DNA of 64,000 nucleotides from NCBI GenBank assembly GCA_963693365.1, contig CAVNZM010000008.1, positions 7,822,830-7,886,829 of the forward strand, in the 5' to 3' direction. Under the pieces are notes generated by a model. That model was given only the letters and a program-made list of their open reading frames with translations, was not told the origin of the DNA and ran no database searches. This stretch comes from Amoebidium appalachense. Lineage: Eukaryota > Protista > Ichthyosporea. Shown in pieces: positions 14,067 through 25,765 of the stretch. The position numbers and the translations under genes are program-made. How positions within the stretch are numbered: the stretch's first letter is position 1; each line of letters starts with the position of its first letter.

Positions 14067-15232
14067 TGTGTGTGTGTGCGCGTGCGCTATAATTTTGTAG
14101 TGATGTGTTTCTCAAGCCAATCAATACATCTAATAAACAGGTCGTAGTTACGCGTGTTTAGTATAAAATCAAGGATATTGTAATTTACAGGTAGGCTATC
14201 TTTCTGGGTGTCTGTTGTGAATGTGACGTGTGTGTGTTGCGGTATTATGTGGTCTATCAAACTACATTTGGCGATACATGACCGGTTAAACTGGTGTGTG
14301 TGTGTGTTGTTTGGGCATGCAAATGATGCCACCTTATACTTATTAGATCTCCACTGTATAGCACGTGTACAGTAAAAGCGTGGTAATTGATCAATAATAC
14401 CATCAGCTAGAGAAAGACCAGTTCTACAGGAAGGTAATATGTATTTAGGTGTTATACATTTGCGAGTGCCATATTTGGCAATATGGTTGAGGCGGTCAGT
14501 ATATATAAAACGAGACATAAGGCTTAGTTTTTCAAGGTGTATGCTTTCATCGGGTCTAGTGTCGTGTGGTATCTTTTTCCATTTGTTATATTGCGTGATT
14601 ATCTTGTGATTGTGTACATGTTTAATAAGTAAGTGGCAGTCCAAAGTCACACACACACTATAATAACGTCACCCACCCACCCACACACACAAACACACCC
14701 ACACCCACCCACCCACCCACCCACCGAATATCTCAGAATCACATACGTAAGAATGATCATTTTATGAGGCAAAATGAAGACTGTTCTACTTCAGAGGAAA
14801 AAAACAAACCAGTCCAGATAAGAACCTACCGAAGTGTGGACATGTTGCCGGTCATGCACTTGCTCACCAGGTCCCTGTAAGAGTCAGGGCCACACTCCGA
14901 TATCCACCCAATGAACATGTCCAATAAATCCCCGTTGGCGTTCAGTTGCATATAGTGCTGCTCTTTGGAAGGGTGGCACCCATGTCCGTGTAGAAGATGC
15001 ACAGTTGTGATTCGAAGCTCACCGGTGTGTGGCCGGGCCCTGATCGGGTTGGCAATCACGCGGAAGGTGCACTTGGCTTGACCCCCCCACCGTTTTGGAA
15101 GCCCAGAACAGCGCAGGATAACACGACCTGACGTTTCTGTCTTATCGACAGCAATGGAATGGTTATGTGTGTCGGCGTAGGCTCGTGCCTCCTGTTCGAA
15201 CCGCTCACGACTATCGAAGCACTGTCCGACCT
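9018..15232 (-). CDS. Mutator-like (MULE) transposase, FAR1-type N-terminal domain + MULE DDE + SWIM finger; exons 15232-14830, 13404-13104, 11907-11664, 11385-11145, 10383-10155, 9656-9018; first exon and start codon not resolved
   Basis: All five junctions are GT-AG with matching phases (2,0,1,2,0) and no internal stop over ~686 codons. Motifs: VGQCF...C...C.F.V...H.H; LDYTH (D1); FTTDG (D2); CVFH (CxxH); NWA; NSATES (E); CSC...GIMCSH (SWIM). The 3' end may splice further. Confidence 0.88.
13954..14660 (-). mobile_element. 5'-truncated LINE 3'-end fragment nested in a MULE intron
   Basis: ORF 14087..14656 ([17 protein letters not shown]...WRSN...FNRSCI...ILDFILN...FIRCIDWL) aligns by eye with the C-terminus of the LINE at 30.8-31.2 kb (YIYPSSRKHTTLTDFAI...WRCN...FSRKHL...IDYLLN...FSRVYDYL). 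A poly-A run on the minus strand follows at 13954-13990. Confidence 0.65.
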
Positions 15233-15248
15233 CTGGGACACGAGGAGC

Positions 15249-15371
<123 letters not shown>

Positions 15372-15507
15372 AGAATGAAGCAAGAGAATAGTTAGAACAA
15401 CACTGAAATATAATGATCAGAATAAACAGAATGTTTGGGTTCTGACTAACCTCCCCCCCCCCCCCCCCCCCCCCCCCTCCCCCGGCGACCCCATAACCAT
15501 CCCCCCG

Positions 15508-15580
<73 letters not shown>

Positions 15581-15609
15581 CAAACCAACCAACCAACCAA
15601 CCAACCAAC

Positions 15610-15643
<34 letters not shown>

Positions 15644-15794
15644 CAACAACTTTCATCTCTTGTGTAGGCGCTCTAAATACGGTTTTTTTTTGTATTTGTA
15701 TTTAGGGCCTGACTACGAATACGATTGTGATGTGTGCCAAGCACGCCGCGAGTCTTTTCTTTATCGTAACTACGTTGCACATCGTTTTCATAAA

Positions 15795-15895
15795 GTATCT
15801 TAAAATCACCTCCGGAGGTGATTTTCGTAGATACAATACAGTAATTCAGCCAATCAAAGCTAATCGATTCATTCATTGGCTAACAGCTAGCCAAT
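15795..15895 (-). promoter_or_regulatory. 24-bp perfect palindrome plus CCAAT boxes upstream of the transposase
   Basis: AAAATCACCTCCGGAGGTGATTTT at 15802-15825, extended by flanking GTATCT/AGATAC; CCAAT or ATTGG at ~15850, 15875 and 15891. Confidence 0.45.
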
Positions 15896-16269
15896 AGTAT
15901 CGTTGAAACACAGTAAAAGCCCTACAAGGCTACAAGCCAGGCAGCCGCAGCTAAACCGCTTCACCGCCAGTAATTTTGTGAACACGGTAGATCGTACTTG
16001 AATCCTAAGTAAGAACACGATTTTTGTGGTGCTGCCAAACAGGCCCTAGTGTTTGTTTCTTTACCTGTGGACATGCAAGCTAATACCATGAATGCTTGTG
16101 TAGGCACACTCGAATGCGTGCATGCAAGTACATGAATGGCCACCTTGACACGGAAGCTAAACATGACAGCGCAAACCGTCAGGTATGTTCAAAGGCTTAT
16201 TCCTGCCACAAGCTAACACTGACACATTCACAACACTGATTGTATAAATACGGGCGGACTTAATTGAAA

Positions 16270-17189
16270 CTATGTTGTTATCGACAGGAATGCTGGAATG
16301 TAGCTGTGTTGGCTCCTGGAGTGGCTGGGCCGAGGTGAAGGTGACTGTTTGCTCTCTGGCCGTAGCCCGGGCCGAGCCAGGGGCAAAGTAAGGCACGGGG
16401 GCGTAGGTGGTGTAGTGTGCCATTTGCTCGGCGGCTGGGGCAGGCACGGGGGCGTAGGTGGTGTAGTGGGCCATTTGCTCGGCGGGTGGGGCAGGCACGG
16501 GGGCGTAGGTGGTGTAGTGTGCCATTTGCTCGGCGGGTGGGGCAGGCACGGGGGCCTAGGTGGTGTAGTGGGCCATTTGCTTGGCGGGTGGGGCAGGCAC
16601 GGGGGCGGTGTGTGGGCCATTTGCTCGGCGGGTGGGGCAGGCACGGGGGCGTAGGTGGTGTAGTGGGCCATTTGCTCGGCGGGTGGGGCAGGCACGGGGG
16701 CGTAGGTGGTGTAGTGGGCCATTTGCTCGGCGGATGGGGCAGGCACGGGGGCGTAGCCCACGGCCATTTGCGGGGCGGGTAGGGCTGGCATGGGGTTGTA
16801 GCCGACCATTTGTGTCTGCTGTTGTCGGGGCAGCCCACCAGATGGTGTGAAGCAGTCAGCATCATGGTAATAAGCTGGTTCTTGCACTCCTTGGTATCCA
16901 TGCCCCTGGGCTGGCGCACCAAAGCCTGTTCGGAACAACCCAAAGAGTGTTAGTAGCCCATCACGATACTGTTGGTGGGCTAGACACACACACACAAACA
17001 CACACCCAATAACCCACAAACACACAGCAAATACACACACATGAACACCTATATTGCTCCCCCCCCCCCCCCCCCCCCCTCCCCTCCCTCCCCCCCCCCC
17101 CCCCCCCCATCCCGTAGACACTCCCACACCCACCCACCCACCCACAAACACAACAAGCACACACAAAAGAACACCTAAAATGCCCCACC

Positions 17190-17229
<40 letters not shown>

Positions 17230-18555
17230 ACCACCACCACCACAACAACCACAACCACCAACTCCCACCCCCTATTAACAATCCCACATCCACCGACCCA
17301 CACACATTACCCCTAAATCATTATCATTACGAAACATAGGGTTACTTACACTTCACTCACTACCTATATACCACTTTTTCCTTACCCATCCCCCCACCCA
17401 CACACCACATTTCACCCATCACCCACCAACCAAGCTGCCCCTTCTCCCCCCCCCCCCCCCCCCCCCCCCTCCACACCTCCCGAGGAACTACACATGACAG
17501 GACTATGCATACACAACATGTAAGTATGTGCACAGGTAGAGGTGTTTTGTGTGTGTGTAAAGGCGACTCACTAGGGTGTTTGTTAGCAATAAAGTCTTCA
17601 GAGTAGCTGTGTCTGTCCATGCCATGATGAATGTAGTTGGCCTGGGCAGGCTCGGGCACTGATGTGTGGCTTCCCGAGGACGGATGCCCTCCAGAACTGC
17701 TGTAGGGTTGCCACCGTGCACCTGGGGAACAGTGTTAACAATGCTCATTGTTCCTCAAAGTATCTATCCTCATTGTAACCCTTACTCTCCTTACAGGAAC
17801 TTAGCCAGTTGCTCACGACCAGCGACCAAAAACAGCATGTTGGCGGTGGTGTCAGCTTGTGCATGTATGTGTGAGCGAAGGTGCGGGTATGGCTATGTCG
17901 AAGAGTGTGGGGGCGTTTTTTGTGTTTTCCCTTTTCCTTTTCTTTCTTTTTTCTTTTCTTTTCTTTCTTTCTTTCTTTTTTTTGGGGGGGGGGGTGAGGG
18001 GGGGGGGGGGGGGGAGGGGGTCAATGAAGCACCAGTCAAGATGAGGATGAGAATGATGAGAAACAAACATGTTGGGAGGCACGGGGGAGGGGAGGGGAGG
18101 GGAGGGGAGGGAAAGGGAGGGGAGGGGAGGGGAGGGGAGGGGGGGGGGGGGGGGAGGGGGGGGGGGGGGTCAAATACCTTGACCAGGTCTTTGTGTTGGA
18201 GTATAAGCAGTATATTGCCGGTATGGCCCCCAGGGGTGTGCTGGAGACATAACCTCCGGTTAGAACCCATGTACATATGAAATACAAATTCAAACAGCAA
18301 TCAATTAGACAGACACTACGTAAAAAGAGATGTGGGCACAAGGGGCACCCCGCCCTCCCGTCTTTCTGCTGTACTTTTGCCCCTCCCTATCCTTCTTCTT
18401 CTCCCCCCCCCCCCCCCCCCCCCCCTGGGGTGTCCCTTCTCCCTTCCCCGTCCCCGGCCTCTTTTCTGCAAGACACATATACTTTATATACACAAAGATA
18501 TATGTCCCCGGACCAGATTACCGTACGTTAACAGATGCACATACTATTATGCCTT

Positions 18556-18594
<39 letters not shown>

Positions 18595-19693
18595 TTCTTA
18601 CCCCCTGCCCCCCCCCCCCCTCCCCCCTTCCCCCCGCCCCGCCCCCCCCCCCACACACTTTTGTGGGTCACAAGAGGCATATATATTACAATCTATGCCA
18701 GAACAGGCAAACACCAAGGCCCCAACTGATTATGCAGATATATAAAAAATGAGATACCGAGAAACCCACGAACAAGCAGTTCCTATTTCAATGCTCCAGA
18801 GGAGTACGGGAAGAGTGGGGATTGGAAATCACTTGATAAATTGCAGCACGGTTTTTCTGACTTACTGCTTCTTTGACCAACGTGGGGCACACACACATAC
18901 ACCTCACTACATCCTCCTCCTTACGTGAAGCTCTTTCCTTCCCATCCTGCACTGTGATGAATCTCTCTCTCTCCGTAAACCCATACACGGCAAAAGCAAC
19001 AGCTTCTCTTCTAGCCTCCTTGGCCTCCTATCACAAACAAGCAGCATAACACTACAACAACACAAACGCACACACCCACTGTTCTTGTCTCCCCCCCCCC
19101 CCCCCCCACCGCCCCACAAACAAACAGCACAACAATTCAAAACAAAAGAACCCACCGTTCCCCCTCCCCCCCCCCCCCCCCCCCCCCCCCCTACTAGCCT
19201 AGGCCTTCTACCCCAGCTATCCCACACACAGCTATCCCCCAAAGCGCGCCGACACACTCGCACACAAAAACACGTACGCACCACACTTCATACTTAACAA
19301 CAGCCACACCAGACCAAACCCCCCTCCGCCCCCCCCCCCCCCCCCCTCCCCCTCCCTCCCATCCTACACCCCCCTCCAACCACGAAGGAATAAGAAGCCC
19401 CACCGTTACACATCCCCATATTTAGAAAACCCCGCCTCCTCTCTTCCTAAACCTCTTTCAATCCTACGGCACCACCTCCCCCCCCCCCCCCCCCCCCTCC
19501 TTCAACCCCACACAGCCCATGTCTCCCCTCCTCCTACTCATGCCCCAAATCCCTCACTATTACCCCGTGCCCTACACCCATTTCAACCTCCTTCCCCCCC
19601 ACAAAACCAGTCCAGTACCTGTTGGGTCATACTGGGGCTGCCGTTGTGCCTCGACAGCACAAGAAGTTGGCCAGGCAGCGGAAGGCCACGCAT
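16270..19693 (-). CDS. Unknown protein with C-terminal 17-aa Pro/Tyr repeats; exons 19693-19619, 19027-18903, 18240-18178, 17892-17786, 17721-17572, 16925-16270; frameshift inside the repeat, possibly a pseudogene
   Basis: Six exons join with canonical GT-AG sites and consistent phases (0,2,2,1,1). The last exon encodes PAPPAEQMAHYTTYAPV repeats. No family recognised; the start codon is uncertain. Confidence 0.55.
16390..16800 (-). repeat. 51-bp coding minisatellite, about 8 copies, one shortened to 44 bp
   Basis: Unit GGGCAGGCACGGGGGCGTAGGTGGTGTAGTGGGCCATTTGCTCGGCGGGTG on the plus strand. Confidence 0.92.
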
Positions 19694-20175
19694 TGGTAGG
19701 CCGGCCACCTACAGTCACGGGAGAGAGGTAAGCGAGGGACGAAAGGAAACGGGAAACGAACGTAGTCGGAAAGTAAAGTTTCAAACGCACCGAAAACAGT
19801 CACCATTCCACAGGCGGTTGGTGCGTGTGCGGTCGAAGCCACGCCAAGCAGAACAAGGAAGAGCCATGGTTTTGTACTGTCTGTGTGCACTCAACCGTTG
19901 ACGGTTTCAAAAAAAGGCGCGGAGCCTGGAGGCCCGAGGGAACCGAAGGAAAAGGCGCGACTGGAAAAGGCGCGGAGGGAAGCGAAGTTTTTCACGGCAA
20001 AAAGACTTTGGCGCCAACAGCAGGGAACACAGCAGGCACTCGCAAAGATAACAGGAACGCAAAAAGGAGAGAATGCGCGTTCATGATTGGCACGTGATCA
20101 TCAAGGGAAAAGAAGAGGTGGGCAAAAGAGGAATTCAAGGGTTTCATTGGAGGGTGTGTCACAGCCAATGAACAA

Positions 20176-20360
20176 GAAAAAAGCATATATGTGGGACCCC
20201 CCAAACCCCCGTCTCTCTAGAATATACTGGACAGAGATCTATGGATAGGAGAGGTATGGTCAACCCCAAGGAAAAAAGCATACATGTGGGACCCCCCAAA
20301 CCCCCGTCTCTCTCGAATATACTGGATAGAGATCTATGGATAGGAGAGGTATGGTCAACC
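20176..20360. repeat. 95-bp near-perfect tandem duplication
   Basis: GAAAAAAGCATAYATGTGGGACCCCCCAAACCCCCGTCTCTCT...GGTATGGTCAACCC starts at 20176 and again at 20271. Confidence 0.9.
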
Positions 20361-20380
20361 CGCTGGGGGGGGGGGGGGGG

Positions 20381-20431
<51 letters not shown>

Positions 20432-21347
20432 GGGGGATTGAGGGGGACGATCAAGGGTTTTACCAAACTTTTTTGGGGGTTTACACACTTTTTATTGCGT
20501 GGACACTGCCGAAGGCCCAGCCACAATCGACGACCTACTGCGTTTTCCAGCACAGCCAATCAAATGCAGCCAGTGACATATGTTCATGCTAGGCAACAAT
20601 GAGAGCCATCGTAGTATCTGACACCCCTATTACATTTTTTTTGGCGATTACCAAAGAACCAGTTGGCCCCCTCAATAATTCGAACCCTGAGAACTAGCAC
20701 TGTCACTGTACAGTGTAGTCAGACTCATGATGACTCATGAGGCGCGCCCAATCCCATCCGGGTCAGCCTCCTCTTAGTGATAAAGCCTCCTTGAATTTGG
20801 ACTGGTTAAATCAACCAATCGCGTAGCCTCACCCCATAGTACGGTATGATGTCGCTATCCGGCAACGTGCAGCCCAGACCCGCACTGAATTGTGATGACT
20901 ATTCCCTACGCTTCGGTGGCACACACGGTGGGAAAGACTGACGGTTTTTTTTAAAGGAAGTTTTACACATACTGCATTTGAAAATAATAAGGCTTGCAGT
21001 CGCCTGCAGTAACACATCAGAATCAGTCGCTATCGTGTTACGAGTCACGACTCACGAATTCGCTTTTGCTTGAATCTGATAGATGAATCGGGATCCCCCA
21101 ACACCTCTAATTGGGAGGGCCATCGTATGTCCGTACCTGCGCTCCCGGGAATTTTTAGACCCCGTTTCCAAATGTGTGTAACAGTATGTAACTAGTAACT
21201 ACGGGAAATTGAGCCTCGTTATACCATAATACTCATATTTCGTGTGAATTTATTGATTTCTATTATATGTAGAACCACATGCAATCCTATGTCTGTAACG
21301 GAATTTTACGTGGCCTAAATGTCGAAAAGGGAAAATCGTAAATCCGC

Positions 21348-21899
21348 TGTGACACACACACGACTCGCCCCACACATATGAATTTTGGGGGATCCTGAAT
21401 CGTCATCACTAAGCCAATCAGCGGCGAGACCCAAGGTACCAGAAATCTAAGATCACCTAGATCTGAGATGGCCCGTGTCTGATGAATGGAAAGACACTGT
21501 GAACAGAATGTTTGTAATCCGTTCCGAGACTCTTAGACTGACCTTCCGAGGTCTGTCTAACGTGCTGTATTTGCAGGTGGATAGACATCAAGATATCGGC
21601 GTGGATGGATATCCACCAATGCGATTATCTGTCCGCTTATCGGCGAGTAGTATCACCGAGTGCTCATCATCACACGTGTTGATATCAGTCACGGTTAGAT
21701 CCTAACAAAAAACGTGAAAAAAGAGAACGGCTTGCACAACGGCTCGGTTGCCCTACACACCATAACGTAAGATTTCGATATTACAGGATGTTCTTGTACA
21801 TTATTTTGTTTTTTGTATTTTTCTATACCACTTTCTATCGTCCGCGGCCCTAGGCCTGGTTACTGACTCTGAGTGATCGATGTTATTATTGGTGTCACA
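21348..21899. mobile_element. Candidate solo LTR or MITE (552 bp)
   Basis: Termini TGTGACAC...GTGTCACA (the inverted match extends to 12 of 13 bp), internal CCAAT boxes and TGG one base after the CA end. No target-site duplication seen. Confidence 0.3.
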
Positions 21900-23794
21900 G
21901 TGGACAGTGGTATGCACTTTTTTTTTTCAGTAGGTGCGAGGATAGCAGACGATTGGTGGAGATGAGCCAGTCAGTTCCTCTGCAAAGTATAGTGCTCAGT
22001 ACTCGCATCTTAGTCTACTATTGTAAGTACTTGGAGCTTAGGCTTCGGGATTTTGCAGAGGATATGCGAATACCCCTGTGGCAATCTGAAAAAAGACGTA
22101 TAGATTTTCGGGCACTTGGCCTAACATTATTTCCATGATATCCGGGTATATAAACGCAGTATTAGGGGCGAACAGCGAAGGACAAAGCTGGACGTGAACG
22201 GGGGATCTCGAATCCAATATTTCTAACCCTGTGTCTAGTTCATCTGCCAGAATAGATCTCCGCAGCTCTCAGCCCTTGAATCATCACGTCATCGGTGTAT
22301 ACTTGGCACATTTTGCCTGAATTGCCACGCATAAGCAAGTAAATGAAGAAAAAAATGTATTGAGGAGGTGCCCAAAGAAGAAAAATAAAAATTCTATGAG
22401 ATATACAAGTCGTTCAACACATAAGAGCAAATTATGTGATGCACGGATCAGTGACTCAATATGGCAAGACCAAAATCAAGGTGACCAGAACGATCACGCA
22501 CCGCTAGGTGGCTGAAGCAAGGCCTCCTACATAAATAGCACACCGGGCCGAGGCACGTAATAGACTAATACTCCAGATTACGTGTAAAGAGTAGGGTGAT
22601 CGAAAACTGAAATCTTACGTTACGGTGTGCTATTTAGGAGGCCTTGGGTTAGGAGGCCTTGATGAGATGCTAAAAACGCGGATAACCCATCCAAAAAATG
22701 AACATTCGATACGCGTGCTTACAGCTTGCAGCTACGTCCTTGTCAACACATACTGTATACATGTATACAGTAGTACTATCATACATGTACATACAGGTGT
22801 ACGATATCCCGAAAATTGGGCTCCAGAAAAAAAAAATACATTCTCTCGGCAAATCTTCTCTTCAGTGAATCAACTCGACTCAGGTACGTATATACACCAA
22901 GGCTTACAAAAAAGTGTATAATAATAAAAAAAAAGTAGGAAAGTACATAGATTGTCTCTTGTCAACTTGGGCCTTGAAAATCGTGGGGTTGTTACGGGGA
23001 ATGTTAGCTATCGACCAGGGTGTGAAATGTTTTATAGTGCCATTTAGCAACCTTCCCCCTACAAAACGTTTTTAGGGGTATATATATTATATATGTAAAT
23101 ATATATACATATATATATGTTTCCTGTACTATAGCAATAGGATTCATGATATACCTAACCTCCGAAAATTAGAGAAAATGAGTAATATACGCTCGAGCTC
23201 TGCTCGACTCGTCCACCGTACGTACGCTTGACTCGATCCATATTGGTCATCTCGCATTCTTGTTCGTGGACCCACCAAGTTCTTAAATGTGGACGGGCAT
23301 GTTTAAAGACTGCATGCACAGTCTCATGTTGTTTACGCAGTCAGCACAGCTAGAGACGCGAACAACCACATCCCCACCTAGGCCTTCGCGAATTTGTGCT
23401 CTGTGTTCATTGTTCCAAGACTCCGAAGGTGGTGGCCACAGCGTTAAATTAGTGAATCACGAAGAAAAAGGGATAAAAATCGAACAAAGTCTCTGTTAAC
23501 GTTGCTAGCTGAATGAGCATGTCACGAAACGTTTCATCCAACACTCAGTGTCACATGATATCACCTGCAAGTACTAGTCAGGGTACACACATGTGCACAT
23601 GCCGTGGTAGTTTTTTCTAGCTAGAGGAAAACGTTACCGTAACACTTCTTTCCCAACCCCATTAGTGACAATCACACTGAGTAACGTGAAGTTAATATTA
23701 TTTAATCTAGGTAACTTTCACTGAAAATACGTATACCTTCATTCATGACTAGTTAGCTGACACATGATTGCACACATCGCTCCCTTCGCAAAGA

Positions 23795-25387
23795 ATGGTC
23801 ACATCCCCCACATCGAGCGGAGCAACACACGGAACTTCTCTGTGGATACCTTCTGCACAACCCCTAACTGCCAACAACTCACTGCCATTCCCTCTGGATT
23901 CGTGCAATCCGAATATTAACACAACAGCAACACCCCGCCACAGTGACGTCGCTGCGCAAATTTTCACCAATCAAACCCCAACCCCAGCAACATATCATAT
24001 GACAATGGGTGGAGCCACAGGCCTTCTAGCACTCTCAGATCCCTCATTCGAAATTTCGAATTTCTTGACAAGCTTAAATACGTCGAGCGGCGTGTATTCG
24101 GATACGCCCTCTGCGACTCTGACTCTCCCAACCATGCGCAGATATTCCACCACCAGTTCTCTCGCCGATGCGAAAAAAACACCATCCTTTTCCTCTCTTT
24201 CTTCTTTCGTTTCTCCTACGCAAATCGCCATGACGACCGATAATGCCCCGGACGACGTGCGCCCGGCAGTAAAGAGGAAAATCTCGGGGAGTGGCGAGGC
24301 GTGCCCACACGCCGAAGGAAACACAGCGAAGCGAACGCGTAAGGATTCGAAAAGCTCCGTGGTAGAGCAAAGGGTTTACGGCATGTGCGAAATCCCGTCC
24401 CCGCCCCTCTCGCCGTGCGCCGAGGAATCAAACGAAGACGAGTCGTCGAAAAAATCGAATGTGGCAGCAGAGGGGAAAAAGAGCACGTACAACGTGACGA
24501 AGGAACAGCAGTGTCCGATTTGCGAGAAGAAATATTCCGGGATAAGGAGTCTGCGCAACCACCTCCGCAAATACCACCAAAAACACCGGAATTGCAACCC
24601 AAATCCCCTTATCCTCGCACCTTTTCCCAAGCCGCGGCCCGTTATGGTAAGCACCTTATACAGCGGGACACGTAGCGACCGCACGCCGGCTACCCCCAAC
24701 TCCGCTCAAACCCCCCTCCATACAAAAACTTTCATTTTTCCGCCAACCAAAATGGAGCAACCCACGTGCGGCAGCAACCTCAATGTTTCCGAATTTTCAA
24801 ACCCCCCCAGCTTTGGGGAACACAGCGAATCGGAGTGGGGCCAAACCGTTTTCAGCGGCACAAACCAAAGCCCGCACACTTCCGTCATGTCAAACCCCCC
24901 GAGTTTTTGGGATGCGACCGAAAATTGGAGGAAAAATTCCGGAAACCTGAGCGCTACGTCCAGCCGTCAATCTTCGACCGTACATAGCGCAGATTTGAAT
25001 TACCTGCAAGATCTGCCGCAAATCGCCCAATCCGCACCTTCCAATGCTCTGGACGAGCACCTGATTTTCAATTTCCCGGGGCAGGGGGATTCTTTACCTC
25101 TAAACCCCACCCAGTTTGAGCAAAATGGCCCTGGAAGTCTTGCTCTGTCCACTTCCAACCCTGTTCTCCCAAATTTCAGCTCGGCGAGCGAAATTTGGCC
25201 ACTGTCTAAATTTCCATCGCACCAATTTTCCCCGTTGACCACTCCGGTTTTCCCTACGACTTCGTCCGTTTACTCTCCAAATACACCCACCGTGCCTTCT
25301 AATGGGTGTGATTTGGATTTAATGAACAGCATTGATTGGATGCTGCTGGTTGCAAAGAATCTCGAGGACAAGAGGTATAATTTATAA
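23795..25387 (+). CDS. Intronless single C2H2 zinc-finger protein, putative transcription factor (paralog 1, ~530 aa)
   Basis: Long ORF with first ATG at 23795; CPICEKKYSGIRSLRNHLRKYH finger; basic NLS-like segments (KRK, KRTRK); S/T/P-rich flanks. Confidence 0.85.
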   Translation: MVTSPTSSGATHGTSLWIPSAQPLTANNSLPFPLDSCNPNINTTATPRHSDVAAQIFTNQTPTPATYHMTMGGATGLLALSDPSFEISNFLTSLNTSSGVYSDTPSATLTLPTMRRYSTTSSLADAKKTPSFSSLSSFVSPTQIAMTTDNAPDDVRPAVKRKISGSGEACPHAEGNTAKRTRKDSKSSVVEQRVYGMCEIPSPPLSPCAEESNEDESSKKSNVAAEGKKSTYNVTKEQQCPICEKKYSGIRSLRNHLRKYHQKHRNCNPNPLILAPFPKPRPVMVSTLYSGTRSDRTPATPNSAQTPLHTKTFIFPPTKMEQPTCGSNLNVSEFSNPPSFGEHSESEWGQTVFSGTNQSPHTSVMSNPPSFWDATENWRKNSGNLSATSSRQSSTVHSADLNYLQDLPQIAQSAPSNALDEHLIFNFPGQGDSLPLNPTQFEQNGPGSLALSTSNPVLPNFSSASEIWPLSKFPSHQFSPLTTPVFPTTSSVYSPNTPTVPSNGCDLDLMNSIDWMLLVAKNLEDKRYNL

Positions 25388-25498
25388 AGGGTTAAAATTA
25401 AAGCTTTCATCTTCTCCTGCAGAGTCATTTTCGACAGTTTTGACTACAGTGGCATCACGGTGACTTAAGGGGGCATGCATTGCACATGCACGTATTAA

Positions 25499-25765
25499 AT
25501 ACGGTGATATTGTATGTTGCCGCGGCGGTAATAATTTTATGGCATAAGACTTACTAGATATAAGTGAATATTGCATCTAATCAGTACTACGCCGTGGTGG
25601 TACTTTATCATAAACCGTTACTAATTCATTAGAAGGAATGCTAAAAAACGGCAATATTGTATGTTGTTGTGGTGAAACTTTTAATCACCAACTAAATAAC
25701 TTAAAATAAAGTAAACACGGCAATATTGTATGTTGTCCGTGGTAATTCTTTCAATTACCAACTAT
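25499..25765. repeat. Degenerate ~70-bp tandem repeat (3 clear copies plus 1 partial), core ACGGYRATATTGTATGTTG
   Basis: Copies at ~25501, 25648 and 25717, partial at ~25567. Two copies end in small hairpins (GGTGA...TCACC and GGTAATT...AATTACC). Confidence 0.7.

Noticed and set aside
16390-16800. Regular repeats resembling a CRISPR array
   Set aside because: Head-to-tail units without unique spacers, in frame with a coding exon, in eukaryotic DNA.
21474-21500. CTGATGA...GAAA hammerhead-like core
   Set aside because: No stem II and no compatible stem III with an NUH cleavage site.
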